Source: Verrucomicrobiia bacterium (GTDB lineage Bacteria; Verrucomicrobiota; Verrucomicrobiia; Limisphaerales; UBA1319). Taken from it: 64,000 bases of DNA. Positions 19,938 to 30,147 of this stretch are shown in pieces; position 1 is the first letter of the stretch, and every line of letters begins with the position of its first letter. A program made the position numbers and the translations under genes. A model generated the notes under the pieces. The model did no database searches, had not been told where the DNA came from, and saw only the letters and a list, made by a program, of their open reading frames with translations. The stretch covers positions 2,560,001 through 2,624,000 of the forward strand of contig OY760937.1 of NCBI GenBank assembly GCA_963664225.1, given 5' to 3'.

Positions 19938-22130
19938 ATGACCACGCGATTCCATGCCACAGCCGTATGCTCCCTTGTCCTTATTGCATTCAGCTTGCTC
20001 ACCCATGCGGAAGGGCCGCGCGTTTTGCCCGCAGGCCAGGTTCCCAACGATGTCCGGTTGAAACCGCTGAAGGATCTCGATGGCTATTTCCCTTTCACGC
20101 CGCCCACATCGAAGACCGATTGGGCCCAGCGCAGCGAGCGGGTGCGGCGGCAGATACTCGTGGCGGAAGGTCTCTGGCCGATGCCGACCAAGACGCCGCT
20201 GAATGCCGTCATTCACGGCAAAATCGATTGCGGCGATTACTCGGTGGAGAAGGTTTATTTCGAAAGCGCGCCGGGGTTTTTCGTTACGGGCAGTCTGTAT
20301 CGACCCGCAAAAATCACCGGCAAGGCGCCGGGCGTGCTCTTCGCCCACGGACATTGGAAGGACGCGCGGTTTTCGGAATCCGACGACGCGGAGCTGCTCG
20401 GTGAAATTGCGACGGGCGCGGAACGCTTCGTGGAAGGCGGACGCAGCCGGTTTCAATCGATGTGCGTTCAACTGGCACGCATGGGGTGCATCGTGTGGCA
20501 GTGGGACATGTTGAGCGATTCGGATTCCCAGCAGTTCTCGGAGCAATTGGTCCATCGCTTCGCGCAACAACGGCCCGGGATGAACACCACGGAGAACTGG
20601 GGCCTCTACAGCCCGCAGGCCGAGGCGCACCTGCAGAGCATCATGGGTCTGCAAACGCTCAACGCCATTCGCTCGCTCGATTTTCTGCTGAGCCTGCCCG
20701 AGGTGGATCCCGAACGCGTTGCGATGACCGGCGCGAGCGGCGGCGGCACCCAGACCTTCATCCTCAGCGCCATCGATCCGCGCGTGAAACTTTCTTTTCC
20801 GGCGGTGATGGTCAGCACGGCGATGCAGGGAGGCTGCACCTGCGAGAACGCCAGCCTGCTGCGCGTGAACACCGGCAATGTGGAGTTCGCCGGGCTCTTC
20901 GCGCCGAAGCCACTCGGGATGACCACGGCGAACGATTGGACCAAGGAGATGTCCACAAAAGGATTTCCCGAGCTGCAGCAACTTTACGCGTTTCTGGGCG
21001 CGCCGAACAATGTGATGTTGCATCGCGGCGAACATTTCCCGCACAACTACAATGCCGTTTCGCGGTCGGCCTTCTACACCTGGCTGAACAAACATTTCAA
21101 ACTCGGATTTACGGAACCGGTGATCGAACGCGATTACAAACCACTCACGCGCGAACAACTCACGGTGTGGGACGCGCAGCATCCCGCGCCCAAGGAGTCG
21201 GGTGACGGCTTCGAACGCAAACTACTCCGCTGGCTACACGAAGACGCGCAAAAGCAACTCGCCGATGCCGCAAAATCTCCAGAGCGTTTGCACGATATGG
21301 CGGGCAAGGCGCTGGAGGTCGTTATTGGCCGAACCTTTGCGGAAGCGGGGGATATCGAATGGAAAATGAACAGCAAGGACGAATCCGATTTATGGTCCGA
21401 GACATGCGGAATCATTCGCAATAAGACCTATGGCGAGGAACTGCCTGCGGTGTTCCTTATTCCAAAACAATGGAATGGCACCACGACAATTTGGATCAGC
21501 GGCGGCGGGAAGGCGGACTTGTTTGCGGCGGACGGCTCCCTTTCTCCGGCTGCGCAAAAGTTGATCACCGCTGGCACCACGGTGCTGGGAGTGGATTTGC
21601 TTTACCAGGGCGAGTTTCTCGAGAACGGACAGAAGTTCACGACCACGCCGCGTGTGAAGAATCCGCGTGAAGCGGCGGGCTACACCTTTGGCTACAACTC
21701 GGCCGTGTTCGCCCAGCGTGTGCATGACGTGTTGAGCGCGGTGAAGTTCGTCAAGACCGGCGAACATCCCGGCAAGCGCATCGACGTGGTCGGACTCAAC
21801 GGCGGCGGTGCGTGGGTTGCGGCGGCGCGCGCGTTATGCGGCTCCGCGGTGGACCGCTGGGTGATCGACACGCAGGGCTTTCGGTTCGGCAAAGTGCTCG
21901 ATCTTCGCAGCCCGGACTTCCTGCCCGGCGGCGCGAAATATGGCGACCTGCCCGGGATGCTTGCCGCCGGTGAACCGGGAACCTTGTGGCTCGCGGGTGA
22001 GGAGGACGATAACGCTTTATTGAAGTCGCGCCACACGAATCCGGATTCGCGCCTCACGCTGGTCAACAAGAGCGGAGCCGACGTTGCCGCTGCAGCCGTG
22101 GAATTTTTAAACGCAACCAGGCAAAACTGA
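19938..22130 (+). CDS. Secreted alpha/beta hydrolase (acetylxylan esterase-like)
   Basis: Signal peptide; PGVLFAHGH, nucleophile elbow TGASGGGTQT, GGCTCEN and HNY. Confidence 0.82.
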   Translation: MTTRFHATAVCSLVLIAFSLLTHAEGPRVLPAGQVPNDVRLKPLKDLDGYFPFTPPTSKTDWAQRSERVRRQILVAEGLWPMPTKTPLNAVIHGKIDCGDYSVEKVYFESAPGFFVTGSLYRPAKITGKAPGVLFAHGHWKDARFSESDDAELLGEIATGAERFVEGGRSRFQSMCVQLARMGCIVWQWDMLSDSDSQQFSEQLVHRFAQQRPGMNTTENWGLYSPQAEAHLQSIMGLQTLNAIRSLDFLLSLPEVDPERVAMTGASGGGTQTFILSAIDPRVKLSFPAVMVSTAMQGGCTCENASLLRVNTGNVEFAGLFAPKPLGMTTANDWTKEMSTKGFPELQQLYAFLGAPNNVMLHRGEHFPHNYNAVSRSAFYTWLNKHFKLGFTEPVIERDYKPLTREQLTVWDAQHPAPKESGDGFERKLLRWLHEDAQKQLADAAKSPERLHDMAGKALEVVIGRTFAEAGDIEWKMNSKDESDLWSETCGIIRNKTYGEELPAVFLIPKQWNGTTTIWISGGGKADLFAADGSLSPAAQKLITAGTTVLGVDLLYQGEFLENGQKFTTTPRVKNPREAAGYTFGYNSAVFAQRVHDVLSAVKFVKTGEHPGKRIDVVGLNGGGAWVAAARALCGSAVDRWVIDTQGFRFGKVLDLRSPDFLPGGAKYGDLPGMLAAGEPGTLWLAGEEDDNALLKSRHTNPDSRLTLVNKSGADVAAAAVEFLNATRQN

Positions 22131-22170
22131 ATACACCTCACAAACCACCCGTCCTAATTGCTGAAACTCT

Positions 22171-23493
22171 ATGATGAAACGCAGAACCTTCCTTCGGACC
22201 ACCGCCACATTGGCGCTGGGTTTTCAGATTGTTCCCCGCCACGTGTTGGGCCAGGGCCAGACGCCGCCAAGTGAGAAACTCAACATCGCCGGCATTGGCG
22301 TTGGCGGACAGGGCGGTGGCGATCTCAACGAGATGAAGAGCGAGAACATTGTGGCGCTCTGCGATGTGGATTGGAACAAGGCGGCGGGCACGTTCAAGGC
22401 CTTCCCGAAAGCGGAACTGTTCAAGGACTACCGCGTGATGCTCGAAAAGCGTCAGGACATCGAGGCGGTGATGATCGCCACGCCCGACCACATGCATGCG
22501 CCCATCACGCTGGCGGCCTTGCGCGCGGGCAAGCATGTCTATGTGGAGAAGCCGATGGCCCACACGATCGAGGAGGCGCGGGTGATGACAAAGGTGGCCA
22601 AAGAAACCGGCCTCGTCACGCAGATGGGCAACAATGGTCACGCGGGCGAAGGCCTGCGGCTGACGCGCGAATGGATTCAGGCGGGGGCCATTGGTGAAAT
22701 CCGCGAAGTGCACGGCTGGAGCGATCGTCCCGGTAATTGGTGGAAACAACCCGCGGTGCGTCCCACTGAAACCATGCCCGTCCCACCGGACCTGGATTGG
22801 AACCTCTGGCTGGGCGCTGCCCCGGAGCGTCCCTATCACAAGGCCTATCATCCGTTCGCCTGGCGCGGTTGGTTCGACTTTGGCACCGGCGCGCTGGGTG
22901 ACATGGCGGTGCATAACCTGGACCCCGCCTTCTACGCCCTTGATTTGCCCACGCCCATCGCCGCGGAATGCCAGAGCAGTCCGCTCGAGAAGGAATCCTA
23001 TCCCGCGTGGCAGATCCTCACTTTCGAGTTCGCTCCCATGAAAGGCCGAGCCGCGCTGAAAGTCCGCTGGTACGATGGCGGGAAAATGCCGCCCGTCCCC
23101 GCCGATATCGCGGGCGAAGTTGACCTGGCCGACAACGGCATTTATTTCATTGGCGAGAAAGGCACGATGGTCTGTGGCGGCTGGTCCGGCGCGCCCCGGT
23201 TGTTCCCGGCAAAACGCCGCGAGGAGTTTCAACTCCCACCCAAATCGATACCGCGCTCCGCCGGTCATCGCCTCGAATGGATCCAGGCCTGCAAGGCGAA
23301 AAAGCCCGAGGATGCCAGGGCCGGCTTTGCCTATTCGGGGCCGTTTACCGAATCGTTGTTGATTGGCAATCTCGCCACACGCCTGCAAAAACGCATCGAG
23401 TGGGATTCGGGAAACATGCGGGCCAAAAATGCGCCCGAGGCCGAGGCGCTCATCAAGAAACACTATCGTGCCGGATTCGGCATTGCCGGATAA
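22171..23493 (+). CDS. Tat-exported Gfo/Idh/MocA oxidoreductase
   Basis: KRRTFL signal; IGVGGQG, ATPDHMH, YVEKP and GALGDMAVH. Confidence 0.92.
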   Translation: MMKRRTFLRTTATLALGFQIVPRHVLGQGQTPPSEKLNIAGIGVGGQGGGDLNEMKSENIVALCDVDWNKAAGTFKAFPKAELFKDYRVMLEKRQDIEAVMIATPDHMHAPITLAALRAGKHVYVEKPMAHTIEEARVMTKVAKETGLVTQMGNNGHAGEGLRLTREWIQAGAIGEIREVHGWSDRPGNWWKQPAVRPTETMPVPPDLDWNLWLGAAPERPYHKAYHPFAWRGWFDFGTGALGDMAVHNLDPAFYALDLPTPIAAECQSSPLEKESYPAWQILTFEFAPMKGRAALKVRWYDGGKMPPVPADIAGEVDLADNGIYFIGEKGTMVCGGWSGAPRLFPAKRREEFQLPPKSIPRSAGHRLEWIQACKAKKPEDARAGFAYSGPFTESLLIGNLATRLQKRIEWDSGNMRAKNAPEAEALIKKHYRAGFGIAG

Positions 23494-23512
23494 AAACCAA
23501 ACCTCCGGGAAC

Positions 23513-24232
23513 ATGTCCTTCAGAAGCAGGGGCCAATCCGTTCTGTTCATCCTGAGCGGATTGGTTCCGTTGCTTCGACTCTGCCAGCGGCCCGCAGATA
23601 CCGCGCTGCTGATTTATACCTGCTTTGTGGCGGCGTGGTATGGGCGGCCCTGGCTGGCGCGTGCGATGGATTCGTTGCGGGGTTCGGTAGCCTTGAAGTT
23701 GGTGGGGCTGTTTATCATCTCCGGTACCCTGACAGAAACCTTCGCGTGGGGATCGAACTACCTGAAGGCCGCACCTGAGCCCGCGCTATTCCATCCACAA
23801 TTGCTCATCGACCTCTGGCTCGGGATCGGTTTCTACGGAGCGTGGGCCGTGGCGTGGTTGCTGGCCGGGCATTGGTTTCGTTATTCGCTGCGGGAAATGT
23901 TCTTCGTCACGGGTTTGCAGGGAATCGTCTTTGAACAGCTTGGCGCGGTGTTTCTCGCGATGGTTCGTGTGGTCACGACCAATCCCCTGCTGGCTGTGCT
24001 GATGGGAGTTTATGTCCTCGCAGTGCATGGCTCGGCGGCGGGTCTGGCGCTGGGACCCGTGGCGCACCATTTTGATTCGCCCGCAAAGTCCCATCACTGG
24101 ATTCGGTTCCCCGTGGTGATGGTATTGATGGTGGGACTCGCCTTCCTGGGCACCTGGCTGGCAGCAGCGGTGTGGTTGCCGTTTGGCGGTCTGCCGCCCA
24201 AACAATCCATAGTCACACACCCATTGTGGTGA
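23513..24232 (+). CDS. Hypothetical multi-pass membrane protein
   Basis: About 7 hydrophobic segments; ATG at 23513 lies just after the previous stop. Confidence 0.7.
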   Translation: MSFRSRGQSVLFILSGLVPLLRLCQRPADTALLIYTCFVAAWYGRPWLARAMDSLRGSVALKLVGLFIISGTLTETFAWGSNYLKAAPEPALFHPQLLIDLWLGIGFYGAWAVAWLLAGHWFRYSLREMFFVTGLQGIVFEQLGAVFLAMVRVVTTNPLLAVLMGVYVLAVHGSAAGLALGPVAHHFDSPAKSHHWIRFPVVMVLMVGLAFLGTWLAAAVWLPFGGLPPKQSIVTHPLW

Positions 24233-24337
24233 GGAGCGTCGGCCCGATTTGTTTGGATACGTGACAAAACTCAGGAGTGTGGAAAACGGCTATGGCGGTG
24301 CAGTGATTTTAAATAGGTTTTGCGGCAACGGCAGAAC

Positions 24338-25016
24338 CAGCGGGCGGAGCTTGGGGCGGATTTGGAACCGTTGGATTTAAAAACGTCGTAAGCCAGTCAG
24401 GAGACCGGCGCTCCGGGGACACCAGCGGGCGGAGCTTGGGACGGATTTGGAACCGTTGGATTTAAAAACGTCGTAAGCCGGTCAGGAGACCGGCGCTCCG
24501 GGGACAGCAGCGGGCGGAGCTTGGGACGGATTTGGAACCGTTGGATTTAAAAACGTCGTAAGCCAGTCAGGAGACCGGCGCTCAGGGACAACAGCGGGCG
24601 GAGCTTGGGGCGGATTTGGAACCGTTGGATTTAAAAACGTCGTAAGCCGGTCAGGAGACCGGCGCTCAAGGACAACAGCGGGCGGAGCTTGGGGCGGATT
24701 TGGAACCGTTGGATTTAAAAACGTCGTAAGCCAGTCAGGAGACCGGCGCTCAGGGACAACAGCGGGCGGAGCTTGGGGCGGATTTGGAACCGTTGGATTT
24801 AAAAACGTCGTAAGCCAGTCAGGAGACCGGCGCTCCGGGGACAGCAGCGGGCGGAGCTTGGGGCGGATTTGGAACCGTTGGATTTAAAAACGTCGTAAGC
24901 CAGTCAGGAGACCGGCGCTCCGGGGACAGCAGCGGGCGGAGCTTGGGGCGGATTTGGAACCGTTGGATTTAAAAACGTCGTAAGCCGGTCAGGAGACCGG
25001 CGCTCCGGGGACAGCA
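24338..25016 (+). repeat. Eight tandem 84/85-bp units, each with REP-like GCC(A/G)GTCAGGAGACCGGCGCTC
   Basis: Unit starts at 24338, 24423, 24508, 24592, 24676, 24760, 24845, 24930. Confidence 0.96.
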
Positions 25017-25108
25017 AATGTATTGCCAGCAAACAGGCGTTGTGTCATTTCAATGGCACACATTACCGAACCAATAAACACGCTGACGCGACGCGACCTG
25101 GAATGATT

Positions 25109-25636
25109 ATGCAAACCAACATGAACCGACGCACTTTTATCCTGCCTCTCCTGCTTGCGGGTTTTGCCCGTTTTGGCGTCCCTCTCGCTTCCGCCGTGAG
25201 CGAACCCCAGGCGGCATCGGCTCCGGCCCAGGATTTTTCTGCGACAGCGGACCAGGCTTTACTGGCCATGAACAAACGCGCGGAGGAACTCCACATCAAA
25301 GGCGCCGCCGTGGTGGCCTGTTTCGAAGGCGAGAGCATCACCGCCTGGTCCTCGAAAATGAAGGTGGTCGGTTCGATGAAAAACGCCCCATCCGGGAATG
25401 ATCATGGCTCGAACCTGCTCGCCATTGCCTATGCCAAGGCAACCGAAATGGCCGAGACCCTGAAGAATAGCGGCCACGCGGGGCGGCCGCCCATGACCGG
25501 AGAACTCGGCTGGGAGGGCGGATTGATCGCCAAGGGCAAAACCGGTTATTTGATCGCGGCCTTCAGCGGCGGACCTTCCGAGGACGACCTGCGCGTCTCC
25601 CGCACGGGCCTGGATATCCTGACAAAAGCCCTGTAG
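25109..25636 (+). CDS. Exported hypothetical protein, possibly GlcG/HbpS-like
   Basis: NRRTFIL Tat-like signal; IAYAKA...GG.....AFSGGPSEDD resembles the GlcG/HbpS pattern. Confidence 0.55.
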   Translation: MQTNMNRRTFILPLLLAGFARFGVPLASAVSEPQAASAPAQDFSATADQALLAMNKRAEELHIKGAAVVACFEGESITAWSSKMKVVGSMKNAPSGNDHGSNLLAIAYAKATEMAETLKNSGHAGRPPMTGELGWEGGLIAKGKTGYLIAAFSGGPSEDDLRVSRTGLDILTKAL

Positions 25637-25690
25637 CTCAGACGGCGCGCAAGAGAGTGGCGCAACTCTATGGGGCCTTCTGAACATAAA

Positions 25691-25751
25691 TTATCGATTA
25701 ACGATAATTTTATTTGACGACTATCAATAATAGTTTACTGTTTATCAATAA
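25691..25751. promoter_or_regulatory. Three palindromic operator boxes (TTATCG-N5-CGATAA-like)
   Basis: ttatcg-attaa-cgataa (25691), ttgacg-actat-caataa (25714), ttactg-tttat-caataa (25735). Confidence 0.7.
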
Positions 25752-25779
25752 ATATTGAAAACCTAAAACTGATACCGTC

Positions 25780-26499
25780 ATGAAATCCAATACGCGTTTG
25801 CCCCGGTTCCTGTGTCGCCTGTTTCTTTTTCTGGAGGTTGCCACCTTGATCGGTGGCATTCTGGGATGTGTTTCCTTGTTTTTCACGTCCAAGCCCGGAA
25901 CGATGTCGATTACGATCTCGTCCATCAGGGAAATGAACCGGGTGGGATTGGCGCCTGAATCGGGTGCTTTGGTTGTGCAGACCGACGATCCGCAGCCCCA
26001 ATCGATCAAGCTGACCAAGCTGCAAGGGATTGTGGATGGCAGCGGCGTGAGTGGAGGAGCCGCGGTTGCGGTATGGAACAAATGGTTCATGGTGGCCCTG
26101 GTCGTGGGCGATGTCCTCTTCGCGGTGGTTCTAATCGACCTGTTGCGCCGGTTATTTCGAAATGTCGCACGGGGCGAGAGTTTTACGCCGCGGAACATCC
26201 GTTTGCTGCATTGGATGGGGATGGCCATCATCGTATTCACCCTCGTTTCCTCCTTCTCGGAAGCCTGGAGCAATCACAGGGTCACCGCATACCTCCAGCA
26301 GCACGCGACGATTCAGGGTCCAAAAATGGGATTTACGCCGCCGCCGCTGGTTTCCGACCCCCTGTTTTCATATGAAGCCGGCAATTATAGATTCCAGATT
26401 GGGTGGACGGGGATTCTATCCGGACTGTTGATCCTGGCGCTGGGCGAGGTCTTTCGCCAGGCGGCGGTGATCAAGGAAGAAAACGCGCTGACCATTTAA
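25780..26499 (+). CDS. DUF2975-family membrane protein
   Basis: LFRNVARGESFT..N...L, and C-terminal EVFRQA..IKEENALTI. Confidence 0.88.
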   Translation: MKSNTRLPRFLCRLFLFLEVATLIGGILGCVSLFFTSKPGTMSITISSIREMNRVGLAPESGALVVQTDDPQPQSIKLTKLQGIVDGSGVSGGAAVAVWNKWFMVALVVGDVLFAVVLIDLLRRLFRNVARGESFTPRNIRLLHWMGMAIIVFTLVSSFSEAWSNHRVTAYLQQHATIQGPKMGFTPPPLVSDPLFSYEAGNYRFQIGWTGILSGLLILALGEVFRQAAVIKEENALTI

Positions 26500-26510
26500 C
26501 CTGTTAAATT

Positions 26511-26738
26511 ATGCCCATCAGGTTGAATTTGGACCGGGTCATGCTGGAGCGGCGGATGAGTCTGACAGAACTGGCCGAGCGGGTTGGAATCACGCTGGCG
26601 AATCTTTCGATTCTCAAGACCAACAAGGCGCGCGCGATACGGTTTGGCACGCTGGAGGCCCTGTGCCGCGAACTGAAATGCCAGCCGGGCGATCTGCTCG
26701 AATTTCAGGAAGGGAGCGATGCGGAGGAAAACGAATAG
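26511..26738 (+). CDS. Cro/C1-type HTH regulator (YozG-like)
   Basis: MSLTELAERVGIT.ANLSILKTNKARAIRF.TLEALC..L.CQPGDLL. Confidence 0.93.
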   Translation: MPIRLNLDRVMLERRMSLTELAERVGITLANLSILKTNKARAIRFGTLEALCRELKCQPGDLLEFQEGSDAEENE

Positions 26739-26793
26739 GCAATGCGAACGGCCCATCAGGAGTCGAGCGCAGCCATCGGCGGGTCGATCAGGA

Positions 26794-29073
26794 CTACAGT
26801 TTTCCCGCGGGTTGCCTGACTACCATCGCCTTGCGAAGCGCTTCACGAAGCTCGGTGGATTGATAGGGCTTGCCCAGGAAGGCCTGGGGCCATTCGGCAT
26901 GTTCACCGGCCATCACCTGGGCCTGATCGTAACCGCTGGCGAGGATGACGGGAATGCCGGGCGATATTTTGCGCAGAGCGGTCAAAGTGGCCCAGCCGTC
27001 CATGCGCGGCATGGTGAGGTCGCAAAGCACGCAGCGAATGGCCTGCCTGTGCTGCTGGAACACTTCCAGGGCCTCAATGCCGTCTCTTGCTTCGAGCGCG
27101 GCATGCCCCAGGCGCGCCAGCACGACTCTGGCCACTTTGCGCACCGCGTCGTCGTCCTCGACCACCAACACTGTGCCAGCTTCTCCAAATTCCGGGGGGG
27201 TGACCGTTTCTTCCGGCAATCGGGGAACCACTGCCGCCGAGAGAGGGAAAAAGACTCGAAAGACGCTCCCATGGCCCTCTTTACTCTCCACTGTGATGCC
27301 CCCGAGGTGTGACCTGACCACGCCCAGAACGACCGGCAGGCCCAGTCCACGACCGGTGAACTTGCTGGAAAAGAAGGGGTCGAAGAGTTTGTCGAAATCT
27401 TTTTCGGCGATCCCGCCGCCCGTGTCGGCCACTTCCAGGCAGGCATAGAGGTTGTCCTCCGGTTGCCAGTCCAAAGGAAAACGATGTGTGGTGGAGATTT
27501 CGGTTTTGGAAACCGTTTTGACCGCCAGATGGACGACGCCCCCGCCTTCACCGAGGGACTCCCAGGCGTTGGTTGCGAGGTTGTTGAGGACTTTGTGGAT
27601 CTGGTGGGCATTGGCCATGACCATCAGCCCGGCTGGCGGCAGATCCGCCTTCAAAACCACCTTTTCGGGCATGGCGGTCTGGAGCTGGGACAGGCTTTTG
27701 CGGCAGGCTTCGGATAAATCCAGGGGTTCCAGTTTGCCGGGCACCATTCCGAGGTAGGTGAGCATCAGGCTGCTGACTTCCGCCGCCCGACGCGACGCTT
27801 TCATGGCCTCGGTGAGGTTCTCGTCAACGTTCGATCCCCGGGGCAGGTCGTCCAAGGCGATCTCCAGGTTACCCAACACGACTCCGAGCAGGTTGTTATA
27901 GTGGTGGGCAATGGCCCCGGCCATGCGGCCCAGGCTTTCAGCCTTTTGAAGCTGCCTGTTTTGGGCCTCGAGTTTTTCCTTTTCCACCTCCGCCCGTTTG
28001 CGGTCGCTGATGTCGGCGATGAAACCCTCCACCGCCAGGAGATCCCCTTTTTCAGAAAAAACGCCGCCACCCTGTTCCCAGACCCATTTCTCGACGCCAG
28101 CGGCCGTGACGATGCGATAGGAAATCTGGAATGGCTGGCGAGACTTCAACGCCTTCTGCACATTGTCCCAGACCATCTTCCAATCATCGGGATGAATGAC
28201 CTGGGTATAAGAAACTCCAGACGAGCCTGTCAATTCCTCGGGGGTGTAGCCGGTGAGGGCCAGCGCGCCCTGGCTGACGAAGTCCATCGTCCAATCCTTG
28301 TCGTTGCGGCAGCGATAGGCCATGCCGGGGAGATTGCTCATGAGCGCGAGCAAGGCGCGGCGACTTTCCCGCAGGGCCTCCTCGGCGCTCTTGCGGCCCT
28401 CGATGTCGCTCTCCAAAGCGCCCACCAGGCGGCGGTTGAGCATCAGGGAAAGGCTGAACGTTAGCGCGATAAACAGCATCTGGTAGGCCAGGATGGCGAG
28501 CACATCGTAGAGGCCGAGCTTGAAAATCTCGGCGTCCGGGGGCGTCGCCAGGTTAATGAACACCCGCGTCAGGCTGAAGAGGCTTATGGCGCAGAAAACG
28601 AAGCCCGTCATCCTTGTCACGGGCTGCATTTCCGCGCTGACCCGGCGCAGCAGGAGCCACGCGCACTGGCAACATAGGACCAGCAAACCCAGGGAGAAGT
28701 TGATGGTCCGCCACAACATGCTCGGCTGGACGAAGGTGAAATAAAGGTGAACACCGATGTTCACGGCCAGAAGCAGATAATTGAATCGCTGCGGACTGGT
28801 CCTGCCGGTGAAGCGTTCAAGCCCCAGGTAGAGCAAAAAGGTTCCCGCAATGATCAGGGGGCAGGCCAGGACGATCGACACGGAGGCGGGCACAACACCC
28901 CGCAAGGCGAGCAGCATTATCGCCACGAACTGAATGAAATAGTCTGCCGCCCATAATCCCAGCCCGTCGGAGCGCCGACGGTTTATCAACCAAAGGGCTG
29001 TCATGACCCCCGCGCAGATGGCGTTGCTCACGACATTGCCGAGCAGGACGGTTCTCATGTCGAGGAGGTTCAT
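26794..29073 (-). CDS. Membrane hybrid sensor kinase (7TM-PAS-HisKA-HATPase-REC)
   Basis: Seven N-terminal TM segments; PAS; AGAIAHHYNN; FDPFFSSKF.GRGLGL; C-terminal REC. Confidence 0.92.
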   Translation of the reverse strand: MNLLDMRTVLLGNVVSNAICAGVMTALWLINRRRSDGLGLWAADYFIQFVAIMLLALRGVVPASVSIVLACPLIIAGTFLLYLGLERFTGRTSPQRFNYLLLAVNIGVHLYFTFVQPSMLWRTINFSLGLLVLCCQCAWLLLRRVSAEMQPVTRMTGFVFCAISLFSLTRVFINLATPPDAEIFKLGLYDVLAILAYQMLFIALTFSLSLMLNRRLVGALESDIEGRKSAEEALRESRRALLALMSNLPGMAYRCRNDKDWTMDFVSQGALALTGYTPEELTGSSGVSYTQVIHPDDWKMVWDNVQKALKSRQPFQISYRIVTAAGVEKWVWEQGGGVFSEKGDLLAVEGFIADISDRKRAEVEKEKLEAQNRQLQKAESLGRMAGAIAHHYNNLLGVVLGNLEIALDDLPRGSNVDENLTEAMKASRRAAEVSSLMLTYLGMVPGKLEPLDLSEACRKSLSQLQTAMPEKVVLKADLPPAGLMVMANAHQIHKVLNNLATNAWESLGEGGGVVHLAVKTVSKTEISTTHRFPLDWQPEDNLYACLEVADTGGGIAEKDFDKLFDPFFSSKFTGRGLGLPVVLGVVRSHLGGITVESKEGHGSVFRVFFPLSAAVVPRLPEETVTPPEFGEAGTVLVVEDDDAVRKVARVVLARLGHAALEARDGIEALEVFQQHRQAIRCVLCDLTMPRMDGWATLTALRKISPGIPVILASGYDQAQVMAGEHAEWPQAFLGKPYQSTELREALRKAMVVRQPAGKL

Positions 29074-29547
29074 GCGGGATGACCTCCGCGCATCCTGAGT
29101 CCGCCATTAGGCCACCTGACGACATGGACACACTTCAAATCAAAAAGCTTTCCCTCCTTCATTGAATTTAGCTTCATGCGATCAGCTGGTTGACCGCCCC
29201 ATTTAACCCCCACCACCGCCCCTTTGGCAAACTTAATTGGAGCAAAAATGGGTGGCACGCGCATCCTTGAGGCACCCCTTCACCCCCCCAGGAAAAAGGG
29301 AGGGGAGAGGATTTAATCCCAAAGAGATCAAAGTGGAATTTTTAGCCACGGATTGCACGGATGACACGGATGGGGAAAGGGAAGAATGAATGATGGACAA
29401 TTTTAGAAATGGCGTGCTGGCTGGGTTCGTACGGTTCGGGCTTTTACCAGCTTTCTGAGTTTTGTCCTGCGCCCAAGGGACGATTCGGGGGTGGAAGGCT
29501 TCTGAAAATTTGCATAATCGCGCTTTCTGGCTAAAATAGCAGGGCGC

Positions 29548-30147
29548 ATGCGTGCGAATTCCAAAATTCACAAGGGCAGCCCTCCGAGTGCGGCGGCGCC
29601 GGAGCGGCGTCGTTTTTTGACGAAGCTTCTGGCGCTTGTATTTGGATCGGTGGCGGGGCTGGTTCCCGTGGGCGCGGGCTTGCGGGTGTTCACCAGTCCT
29701 CTGGCGAAGGCTGGCACTGGTGGCCTTGGTGGCAATGCGGCCCAAAACAACAACGCCGTTCATGTGGCCAATCTGGATCTGCTGCCCGAGGACGGCGTGC
29801 CGCGCAAATTCCCCGTGGTGGCGGATCGCCGGGACGCTTTCAGTGTTTATCCGCATGTCCCCGTGGGGGCGGTTTATTTGCGGCGCGGGAAGGATCAAAC
29901 CGTGACGGCGCTGAATGTGGCGTGTCCGCATGCGGGATGTTTTGTGGATTTTGTGCCGGGGAATGGGCGCTATTTTTGCCCGTGCCACGGGAGCACTTTT
30001 GAATTGAGCGGCGCGATTCACGATGCCGCCAGCCCCAGTCCCCGGGGCATGGACACCCTGGAAGTGGAGGTGCGGAATAATTCAGAGGTGTGGGTGAAAT
30101 TCCAGAATTTCGTGGCGGGGCACAAAGGGAAGATACCGGTGGCATGA
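29548..30147 (+). CDS. Rieske 2Fe-2S subunit of a Rieske/cytochrome b complex
   Basis: RRRFL Tat anchor; CPHAGC and CPCHGS boxes. Confidence 0.93.
   Translation: MRANSKIHKGSPPSAAAPERRRFLTKLLALVFGSVAGLVPVGAGLRVFTSPLAKAGTGGLGGNAAQNNNAVHVANLDLLPEDGVPRKFPVVADRRDAFSVYPHVPVGAVYLRRGKDQTVTALNVACPHAGCFVDFVPGNGRYFCPCHGSTFELSGAIHDAASPSPRGMDTLEVEVRNNSEVWVKFQNFVAGHKGKIPVA

Noticed and set aside
24338..25016. CRISPR array
   Set aside because: Units are near-identical along their whole length, with no unique spacers and no cas genes in the window.
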